A stretch of DNA of 64,000 bases, from IMG/VR virus record IMGVR_UViG_3300025071_000006, positions 33,208 to 97,207 of that record. One strand, given 5' to 3'. The notes under the pieces are model-generated. The model saw nothing but the letters and a program-made list of their open reading frames with translations, did not search any database and was not told where the DNA came from. Made by a program: the position numbers and the translations under genes. Positions 35,836 to 44,525 of the stretch are shown here, one piece after another (within the stretch, counting starts at the first letter, position 1; the number at the start of each line of letters is the position of its first letter). The DNA is from a virus.

Positions 35836-38800
35836 TGGCACTAACACCAGGTAAAGCAAAAAAGATGTTAAGCGATGGAACTGTCCATGGTCAATCTTTG
35901 TCAGATAAACAGAAGAGATACTTCGGTGCTATAGCTGGAGGGGCAACACCTATGAAAGCAATCAATGGTGGTTGGTTAGATAAGTATGCAATGGGAGGAA
36001 GTCTTCCAGGTGCATCAGGTATGATGTATTCACGTAACTCTGGTTCTTCTGCAATGTCTCCTCCTAACCTTACTAAAGCTCAATATGGTGACAAGTATAC
36101 AATAGTACCAGAAGATGGTATACAGTTAGATGAGGTTGTTATAACTGGAAGGTCAAACGAGAGAAAAAAGAAAGATGAAATAAGAGAGGAGTTATTTAAG
36201 GATATGCCTGATTATTTAAGATATGGAGATGATGATCGTGTTCTTTCATTGGAACAACAACAACAACTTAAAGATCTAGGTATTACAGACGTAGCTAGTT
36301 ACAATGAATATTTTGGAACATCTTATAGTAAGGACAATGCAGGAAATGAGTTTAATTATTTAAACTCCTATAAGCCTGAACGTGAAGAGTTGATTAGGAG
36401 AATTCATGGTGCTACTAACACAGCAGCAAAAAACGTTGCTCTGTTTGCATCCTTAATACCTAGTCCAATAAGTGGTGCTAGTTTATTGTCCAGAACACCA
36501 CAAGCATATAAAGCTCTTGCTGGTCCTGTTAGACAAGCTTACAACTTTACTGCTAATAGTCCTGTTGGAAAAGCTGCTTTTAAGTATATAGGAGAACCCT
36601 TTAAAAGGTTTACGAACTATAAACCAGGAGGTGGACCATTTAGTATAGGGAACTATGCTGATGCTGCTAGTGTAGGTTATGGTGGTTATAACATTGCTCC
36701 AGATGTAAAAGAACTATATAATAATCCTAGTTGGTCTGCTGCAGGAAATGTAGGTTTAGATGCTTTATCACTTACTCCTTTATTAAATAAAAGGTTTACT
36801 GATGCAGTCCTTCCAAAGAGGGTCAGAAATATTACTAAGTACTATACAAAACCTTTAGGAGATGCTTATAAAATAGGGATGGATAATCCTGATATACCAA
36901 CCTTTCTTACTAGAGGTAAGACTCCACCAAACCCACTTATAGGTAATTCTAAGATAGATGCAGATCGTTTTATGCAAATATATACAAATCCTAAGAATTC
37001 AGCTTTTATGTCTAGATTTGATGATCAGATAATGAAGCCTTTTCCTGGTGGAACGATGAATGAAAATTATCTTAGAGTTCAGACAAGAGAACTAAATGTG
37101 TTACAACAAGAATTAGATGAATTCATAAAAACTCCAGGTGCTCATGTTCTTCCTAAAGCCAAAGCTTTACAAAAGTCAATTACTCAATTAGAAAATAACA
37201 TTAATGGTTTTTGGAAAACGCAATATCCTACTATAGCAAGAAAGAACATGGAAGCAATACAGGCTGGTACGTTTAAGACTACCTTCAGTAGTGCAGATCT
37301 TGGTCCTGGAGTAGGAGGGACATACTGGCCTCCTACTGCTAATCAACCCCTGAACACTTGGAAATATATGTTTCCAAATCAACCAAACACAGTGGGTATA
37401 GGTAACAATAGTGCTGTTAAGCTAAGAGAAGTGCCTGTAGGAGCTACTGAAGCTGTTAAAAATGCAGAAAGAACAAAGGAAATGCTAACTGGTATACATG
37501 AAACCCTTGGTCATGCTAGTAATGCAGGAGGATATGCTTTAACTAAACAAACTAATGATTTAATTAGAGGTGCACTTAAACCCAATCCCAAAATAAAAGA
37601 CGGAACGTCTGAGTGGGTTCAAAAGTTTTTTAAGGATCCTAAAGCAACTTTTAAAGACTGGACAAAATATTTACAAGATGAGACAGAGATGGTTGCAAGG
37701 GTGATGGAGCTTAGAAGACAATACATTGACCCAAAATACTGGGGAACTGGTAAACAATATGATATACCAGATAAGTTAATTGACAGAATATTTAGAGATG
37801 GACTCTCTGGTAAGAGTAAAATACATGCAGACTTTTTTAGAGTGATAGATAAAAAAGGACTTCAGAAATTAATGAAGGGATTATATGCCACTATACCAAT
37901 GGCTATAGGAGCTGATGGATTATTAGAATATAAACATGGTGGTAATGTACCTAAAGCTCAAGGTGGTATTCTGAGAAACAACCTGGAGAAAGAATCTGTC
38001 AAAGGAATAGGTCAAAAGGTTGCTGATATAGCAAGTTCTATGGAAGCTAATGAAGAAGATGGAGGAAGACCGCCTTTAAGTATACCAGATTATGCCAGGG
38101 CATTTTTTGATAAAGAAGGTTTGTGTAGAGATAATACATGTGTTCAAACAGTAAAAGATTTTTATAGTAAAGTTGGTGTAAAGGCTATGCCTGACGATGT
38201 TTATGATAATAGAACGTTTTTAGAGAACTTTAAAGAGTATGGGTTTGAAGAAATATTAGATCAGAAAAATCTTCAACCAGGAGATGTGTTACAATACTAC
38301 TATGGTCCGGATGGTGAAGATGTAAAAGAAGACCCATCATATTTAAACTTTCCATATCACATGGGTGTTTATGTAAATCCTGGAGAGTATATTGGAGATG
38401 GTGATAGTGAAGCTCCTATTCAAAGAAAAAATATGTATACATATGGAGATGGTGACAAGAAGGATCCATTCAGAGCATTTAGGTATATTAAAGAAAACAA
38501 AAATGGTGGGTGGTTAGATAAGTTTCAAGAAGGTGGTGTGATAGAAGATGACAGAGGGCAATGGGCACACCCAGGAAAAATAACTAAAATCAACTCCAAC
38601 AAAATAACAATGAAGGGTGTTAACTACCCTGTACTTGGAATATCTGATACTGGTGACAAGAAGATGATGCAACCAGGTAAAGATTACAAGTTTGGTGGTA
38701 ACTCTGTAACAGAGTATCCAATGGCTCAAGAAGGACTTAAACTTAAAAAAGCAACACCAAGTTTTCCATATATAAACAGAGTGCCTGACACTTCACCTCA

Positions 38801-40532
38801 AGTAGAGTTTTTAAAGAACTGGACAAATTCTCCAAGAGGTCAAGAATTATTAAGTAATAGTTTTGATGGAGATGAAAAAGATATAGAGAGAGTAACTAAT
38901 AAAAGAATAAACAATTTAGATAATATTGATATTAGTATGGATGATCATGCTAGTGATTTCTTAGGTAGATATAATCGTAACAGGCATGACATTAAATTAA
39001 ACTCTAGTCTTCTAGATACATCAGAACCTAAACTAATAGGTAATCAAGATGAAGATGTAATACTTCATGAACTCTCACACGCTCAAGACTTTTCACCAGG
39101 TGCTGAGTTTAACAGATTAACTATGCCATTTAGTGATCAAAAGCTCATTAAAAACTATAGAAAGAAAGCTCTTAAAGAGACAAAGAATCTAGATGTGGAG
39201 AGAAAGACTAAGAAGGATATTAAGAATAGAGTTAACTATATAGGTGACCCAACAGAAACTAGAGCAAGACTTAATTCTATTAGATATTTCTATGAAACTA
39301 GTCCAATTGGAAAAGAGGAAGGAATGCCTAGTATCATGGATTCAGAGGTAACTCCTGAGATGATGGAAGTAATGAAAGACAATGCTCAGTTTAAAGAATT
39401 AAGAGAAGTATATGATGATGATGAGATACTAGAACTTTTAAATACTGTATCAGATAACAGTAAGTCCTCTGGTCCTTCTAATATGGCATATGCACAAGAA
39501 GGTGATAACATACCTCTTAAAACAGTTAATGAGTTTGGTGAATTAAAAAGTCTGACTTATCCAAGTAGTGTGTTCCAAACTAATGAAGGTGAGCCTCAAC
39601 AATTGGTTATGTTAGATCCAGCAGTTGTTACTGCAAAAGGTCCTATAACATCAGCTAAAGAACAAATGGAAAAGTATGGAATAACCAATGAATTAGCAAA
39701 AGGTTATGTACCTAATCTATCTGAAAGAGCATTAAACAATATAATCCCTCAAGATTATGGAGACATAACAAAAAATCTTGATAGATACAGAAGATTTAAG
39801 GGAAATCTAGGACGTCCTGAAGACGCTTTGTGGTATGACGACCCAAAAAGTGATAATCCAAGAAAATATACTATACCTAACCGAGAAGATGCATTTAGAC
39901 TATATCTAGGAATGCCACAAGTTAATAATAGTTTTTCTGTAAGTAATCACAGACCTGGTGATTCAGAAGATAAAAGTATGGTTTATTTAAAACCTACTTA
40001 TTTTAAAAATCCAGAAATTAGACAAGAATTACTAGATAATTATTTTAGTCTCCTTGATACTAGGCTTTTTAACGGTAAAAGAGGAAGAGGTAATGAAAGA
40101 TCATTATCAAGAGGAGAATATGAAGGGGATGGTAAACCATGGCCTACTGCAGATAACGCTTTAGGAGATTTTACATTTGATATGGGAGAGGATGAAAATG
40201 GAAGCTATATATCTATATATGATATATGGGACTTGAACCCATTCAATACCACAGGCGAAGGATCGTCTATAAATAGAACTGGTAAAGCATTACTAAAGCT
40301 TTTTAATACAAAAAGTGGTAAGAACGCTACTGAAAATTCAGAAGTGTCCGAAATATTTGGAGCAGGAAAACCATTTGAAATATATGAAAGAATATATTTT
40401 GACCCAAAAACTAAGAAAATACTAGATATGAAACAGATGAAACAGGGAGGATCCTTGGAGAAGAAGGCTCAATTTACTAACTTTACAAATTATAACACCC
40501 CACAACCAGTAGGCTGGTTAGATAAATACTAA
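35835..40532 (+). CDS. Multidomain ejected cargo protein (two zincin-like domains, NlpC/P60-like domain), 1565 aa
   Basis: HETLGH (37497), C769/H842 NlpC/P60 pattern, HELSH (39066); repeated GWLDK(Y/F) and AQxG/xxGG motifs. Confidence 0.7.
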   Translation: MALTPGKAKKMLSDGTVHGQSLSDKQKRYFGAIAGGATPMKAINGGWLDKYAMGGSLPGASGMMYSRNSGSSAMSPPNLTKAQYGDKYTIVPEDGIQLDEVVITGRSNERKKKDEIREELFKDMPDYLRYGDDDRVLSLEQQQQLKDLGITDVASYNEYFGTSYSKDNAGNEFNYLNSYKPEREELIRRIHGATNTAAKNVALFASLIPSPISGASLLSRTPQAYKALAGPVRQAYNFTANSPVGKAAFKYIGEPFKRFTNYKPGGGPFSIGNYADAASVGYGGYNIAPDVKELYNNPSWSAAGNVGLDALSLTPLLNKRFTDAVLPKRVRNITKYYTKPLGDAYKIGMDNPDIPTFLTRGKTPPNPLIGNSKIDADRFMQIYTNPKNSAFMSRFDDQIMKPFPGGTMNENYLRVQTRELNVLQQELDEFIKTPGAHVLPKAKALQKSITQLENNINGFWKTQYPTIARKNMEAIQAGTFKTTFSSADLGPGVGGTYWPPTANQPLNTWKYMFPNQPNTVGIGNNSAVKLREVPVGATEAVKNAERTKEMLTGIHETLGHASNAGGYALTKQTNDLIRGALKPNPKIKDGTSEWVQKFFKDPKATFKDWTKYLQDETEMVARVMELRRQYIDPKYWGTGKQYDIPDKLIDRIFRDGLSGKSKIHADFFRVIDKKGLQKLMKGLYATIPMAIGADGLLEYKHGGNVPKAQGGILRNNLEKESVKGIGQKVADIASSMEANEEDGGRPPLSIPDYARAFFDKEGLCRDNTCVQTVKDFYSKVGVKAMPDDVYDNRTFLENFKEYGFEEILDQKNLQPGDVLQYYYGPDGEDVKEDPSYLNFPYHMGVYVNPGEYIGDGDSEAPIQRKNMYTYGDGDKKDPFRAFRYIKENKNGGWLDKFQEGGVIEDDRGQWAHPGKITKINSNKITMKGVNYPVLGISDTGDKKMMQPGKDYKFGGNSVTEYPMAQEGLKLKKATPSFPYINRVPDTSPQVEFLKNWTNSPRGQELLSNSFDGDEKDIERVTNKRINNLDNIDISMDDHASDFLGRYNRNRHDIKLNSSLLDTSEPKLIGNQDEDVILHELSHAQDFSPGAEFNRLTMPFSDQKLIKNYRKKALKETKNLDVERKTKKDIKNRVNYIGDPTETRARLNSIRYFYETSPIGKEEGMPSIMDSEVTPEMMEVMKDNAQFKELREVYDDDEILELLNTVSDNSKSSGPSNMAYAQEGDNIPLKTVNEFGELKSLTYPSSVFQTNEGEPQQLVMLDPAVVTAKGPITSAKEQMEKYGITNELAKGYVPNLSERALNNIIPQDYGDITKNLDRYRRFKGNLGRPEDALWYDDPKSDNPRKYTIPNREDAFRLYLGMPQVNNSFSVSNHRPGDSEDKSMVYLKPTYFKNPEIRQELLDNYFSLLDTRLFNGKRGRGNERSLSRGEYEGDGKPWPTADNALGDFTFDMGEDENGSYISIYDIWDLNPFNTTGEGSSINRTGKALLKLFNTKSGKNATENSEVSEIFGAGKPFEIYERIYFDPKTKKILDMKQMKQGGSLEKKAQFTNFTNYNTPQPVGWLDKY

Positions 40533-40536
40533 CAAT

Positions 40537-43500
40537 ATGAAAGCTCAAATATTAAAAATAGCAGGCGTTAAGTCTGAAAAAGAATTCTACAAGAAGTTTC
40601 CTACAGAAGAAGCTTTTATGAAGAAGCATGGAAAAGAACTAGCTAAGCTTAAGAAGGCTGAGGTAGGTGATGTTATAGAATACACTGATGTAGAAGCTGG
40701 TAATAATCGTAAAGTTATTGATGGTACTGAACTTATACAAAGTACTAATAAAGATGTTCTTGGTAATTTTGATCAGTTAAAGGATAGAGCTTATGAGCTT
40801 GGTGTTAATTCTATGACCACTAAAGATGAAAAAGAAGACTATGAGTATAAAGCAAAGGTGGATGCTCTGTATGCTAATCAAAATTCTGGTGGTGGTTTAA
40901 TGGACTTCTTAGGTAGTGAACAAGGTATGGCAGATATTACTTCTATCTTTGGTGAAGGTGGTGGTGAAGGTATGAGTAGCATGATTAGTGGAATGGCAAA
41001 AAAAGGTGGTAAGGTTAAAAAGGGTTATCATAAAATGCCTGATGGATCACTTATGAAAAATTCAGATCATATGAAGAAAGGTGGTAAGGTTGAAAAGTTT
41101 ACACCTCATATGATGTATGACCCTAAGACTAAGAAGGGTAAGAAAGCTATGACTTATAAAGAGCACTTAGCTCTTAAGAAAAAAGGTTGGGGTCATGATG
41201 CACCTAAAGCTCAAGGTGGTAAAAATGTAACAGAAAAAGTTTCAGACGAGGAGCTGAATAACATGTTTGCTAAACTTAAACAAAGAAAAACTTTTAATGA
41301 TCTTGAAACTAGACAGTTAAAAAACAAAATTGATTCTTTAAAACTAAAACAAAAACAAAAAAAGAAAACACCTAAAGCTCAAAATATGGGAAGTTACTTT
41401 GAGGACCAAGGTATAACTGTACCTGAGCAATCTCAATATGGTAATGCTGATGGAGCTGGTATGTTTGGAAAAGCATTTAGTACAGGACAATACAATGAAG
41501 ATGGAAGTGCTATGAACTTTGGTCAAAAAATAGGTAATGTTTTTAACTCTGATGCTATGCAGAACTTTGGTATTCCTATACTAGGTGATGCTATTAAAAT
41601 TGCTGGTCAATTTAAGCAACAGAGAAATGCTGAAAAGGATTTAAAACAAATGAGAGAGGTTAGTGGTATTGCAAGAGCTGCTGCTATGACTAAACCAGAA
41701 CAGATAGAAAGAGATTACGTACGTCCGGAGGATATACAAAATACAGGAGAAGAGTTCTTTCCAATTTATGGTGTAGGTACAAACGTACTTGCAAAGAACG
41801 GAGCTACACTATTTAACAATCCAGACTATGCACCAATACATAATGTAAATAAAGCTAAGACTTTTATGCATGGAGGTTATTTACCTAAAGGACAAGGTGG
41901 ATTTAATGCTGGTAATATTTCATATGGTGGAGGTACAGGATCAGGTATTGGAATGGAGCTTGGTGATGCGGTAGGTTTTAACAACGATGCTGGATCTAAT
42001 GTTGGTGGTACCATAGGTGGAACTATTGGTTCTGCATTTGGTCCTATAGGATCTGCAGTAGGAAGTTTTATTGGAAGTGGTATTGGAGATTTACTAGATA
42101 AAAGTGACAGTAGACAGAAAATGTACAGAAAAGATATAGATAGAAATGTTCGAGATATGTCTAATATGCAAGTAGGTCCTCAGATCCATGCAGGTTATGC
42201 ATCTCATGTGAGAAAAGGTGGAAGAGTTCCTAGTCCTAATAATGACTATGGTATGATAGGAGCACCAGGTCCACAAGTATTAAACTCTTTTGATGGTAAG
42301 AACTTAAACAACATGTTGCAAAAAGCTTCTAGAATGCCAGATACACTTAAACAAGGTGGATCAGTATCAGGTAATGGAGATGTTAAAACTCTATGGGGTG
42401 GAGATGTAAATGCTGTATCATATAATCCTTATGCTGGAGGTCAGAGTATGTACTTCTCTGGAAACTCTCATGACTACAGAGATCCTGAAACAGGAGAGAC
42501 TGGTATTGGTGTAGCCTATGGACCTCAGTCTGTAGCTAACAATGAGCCTGTAGTAGAAGTTGAGAATGAACCAGCACAGATATTAGAAGAGAACGGAAAA
42601 GAAAATCTAGTTATATATGGAGATTTAAAAATACCAAAAGGTTATGCAAGTGAAATTGGTGATGAGAAAGCTGGAGGTCAGAAGTTTAAAAACTATGTAA
42701 ATAACCTTAATGATGAAGAAGCAAGAATTAATAAACAAATGGTAACAGCTGTAGATAATGCTGCTGATATTGATAATACTAAATGGGGAGAACTTTTAAG
42801 ATCTACGTCAGATGCTATTATTAATGGTGGTGATATGAAACTAAAAAATATTGCTAATAAGAAAAAAGTATTATCTGATCTTCAGAGTGCATTGAATGAC
42901 ACGTTTGAAGAGAATGGTATAGAGGGTAATAAGTTTATAACCAAGGGAGTACTTGAAGATATTAAAGATACAGAGGACTATGCTAAGAATGGTAAAAAGG
43001 AAACCTACACTGACTATGCTGAGGATGGTAGAAAGATACCTAAAGCTCAAAATGACGGTAGACCAGGTCCAGATGAAGGTCTTACTTTAAATGAGTTACC
43101 TTTTAAATCAGCTGAAGAAGCAATCGCTGCTGGTTATACTTTAGACGAAGATAAAAACTCAGAAAACTTTGGTAAATATTATATAGATGAGGAGTCATCA
43201 GAAATGTTGAAAGACTTTGAACTTAGCTTTATGACAGATATTCCTGAAAATCAAGAGTTTGGAGGTTCCGATATAGGAAAAATGGTTAATAAAAAAATAA
43301 CTTCTGAAGAATATAATAAGTGGAAAAAGGATAACAAATGGTTTTTTGATAAGAACCCTGATTGGAGAGCTGATACAAAAGAAGATGTAAAGTTATTCCA
43401 AAGAGAATTTAATAAGGTAAATCCTAGTAAAGCCAAAACTTTAAATAGTATAAAAGTTGATGGATTATTTGGTGATCAAACAATATCAGCTAGATTTAAA

Positions 43501-44445
43501 AGTGAAAATAGTGAGACACCTAAAACAGTAAGACGTTACAGAGATGTTGAGGTAGGAGAAGAAGAAGAAGAAATTACTACTGAAGAAACTACTACTGTTA
43601 AAGGTAAAATACCATTTGATCCAAGCCTACTTAAACCATTGTTTGAGAGAGAAGTAGAAAATGACTTAGATTATAATCAAATATTGCCTGAGATGAATGC
43701 AGCTGCAAACAATCAACTTGATCCTGTTTATGCACAATCCTTTCAACCTAGGTTAAGAGTACCTTATGATATTAGTATGCAAGATCAAATGAATGAGATC
43801 ACTGCAGCTACAAGAGCAGCTACACAAAACCCAATGGTTCAAAATAACCCTGCATTATTGGCAGCACTGCAAGCTCCACAGTATGAAGCTATTAACAAAG
43901 TTAAAGCAGAAGAATTTAGAGCTAATCAACAAATGAAAGATACAGTGTACTCTGGTAACATTGAAACACTTAATCAAGCAAGAATGACTAATCTAGGTAT
44001 TTATGATCAACAACAAACAAGACAAGCACAAGCTGTAGCTAATACAAAAGCAACACAGCAAGAGATTGTTAAGTCTATATCTGATAAGTATCAAAGAAAT
44101 AAACTAGAAAATAGAACAGAAAAAGTTCTTAGTAACTTATTTCCTAACTATGACTTTAATGAGAGTTTGGATTTAAATAACCAAGGGTCAACTAACTTTT
44201 CTATACCTAACCTATTAGGAGGTCAGGCTGGTAATACAGGAGGTGGCTTAAATAGTATTATTAATGCTATTGGAATGCAAGGATTTCAACAGTTAATGAG
44301 AACTGCTGGTTTTAATCCAAACCCAAATCAAACTACCACTGATACTACAACAGCACGACATGGAGCTAAGCTCACACCGATAAAAAGAAAAGTAAAAAAG
44401 AATCAGAGAAATAGTAATATTCTAAGAGAATATAAAAATCTATAA
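40537..44445 (+). CDS. Ejected cargo protein with glycine zipper and PG-binding-like motif, 1302 aa
   Basis: GGTIGGTIGSAFGPIGSAVGSFIGSGIG (~42001-42090); VKLFQREFN...VDGLFGDQT (~43381-43480); many xxGG motifs. Confidence 0.65.
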   Translation: MKAQILKIAGVKSEKEFYKKFPTEEAFMKKHGKELAKLKKAEVGDVIEYTDVEAGNNRKVIDGTELIQSTNKDVLGNFDQLKDRAYELGVNSMTTKDEKEDYEYKAKVDALYANQNSGGGLMDFLGSEQGMADITSIFGEGGGEGMSSMISGMAKKGGKVKKGYHKMPDGSLMKNSDHMKKGGKVEKFTPHMMYDPKTKKGKKAMTYKEHLALKKKGWGHDAPKAQGGKNVTEKVSDEELNNMFAKLKQRKTFNDLETRQLKNKIDSLKLKQKQKKKTPKAQNMGSYFEDQGITVPEQSQYGNADGAGMFGKAFSTGQYNEDGSAMNFGQKIGNVFNSDAMQNFGIPILGDAIKIAGQFKQQRNAEKDLKQMREVSGIARAAAMTKPEQIERDYVRPEDIQNTGEEFFPIYGVGTNVLAKNGATLFNNPDYAPIHNVNKAKTFMHGGYLPKGQGGFNAGNISYGGGTGSGIGMELGDAVGFNNDAGSNVGGTIGGTIGSAFGPIGSAVGSFIGSGIGDLLDKSDSRQKMYRKDIDRNVRDMSNMQVGPQIHAGYASHVRKGGRVPSPNNDYGMIGAPGPQVLNSFDGKNLNNMLQKASRMPDTLKQGGSVSGNGDVKTLWGGDVNAVSYNPYAGGQSMYFSGNSHDYRDPETGETGIGVAYGPQSVANNEPVVEVENEPAQILEENGKENLVIYGDLKIPKGYASEIGDEKAGGQKFKNYVNNLNDEEARINKQMVTAVDNAADIDNTKWGELLRSTSDAIINGGDMKLKNIANKKKVLSDLQSALNDTFEENGIEGNKFITKGVLEDIKDTEDYAKNGKKETYTDYAEDGRKIPKAQNDGRPGPDEGLTLNELPFKSAEEAIAAGYTLDEDKNSENFGKYYIDEESSEMLKDFELSFMTDIPENQEFGGSDIGKMVNKKITSEEYNKWKKDNKWFFDKNPDWRADTKEDVKLFQREFNKVNPSKAKTLNSIKVDGLFGDQTISARFKSENSETPKTVRRYRDVEVGEEEEEITTEETTTVKGKIPFDPSLLKPLFEREVENDLDYNQILPEMNAAANNQLDPVYAQSFQPRLRVPYDISMQDQMNEITAATRAATQNPMVQNNPALLAALQAPQYEAINKVKAEEFRANQQMKDTVYSGNIETLNQARMTNLGIYDQQQTRQAQAVANTKATQQEIVKSISDKYQRNKLENRTEKVLSNLFPNYDFNESLDLNNQGSTNFSIPNLLGGQAGNTGGGLNSIINAIGMQGFQQLMRTAGFNPNPNQTTTDTTTARHGAKLTPIKRKVKKNQRNSNILREYKNL

Positions 44446-44486
44446 CAAATCTGATGAGAAAGAATTACCAGAATAGGTTATCCTAC

Positions 44487-44518
44487 CTTGGAAAGTTCTA
44501 TAAATAATAATACATTTG
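44487..44518 (+). promoter_or_regulatory. Bacteroidota-type promoter for the RNAP/cargo operon
   Basis: CTTG (44487-44490)-N20-TACATTTG (44511-44518) in the only gap before ATG 44526. Confidence 0.55.
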
Positions 44519-44525
44519 TTAAATT

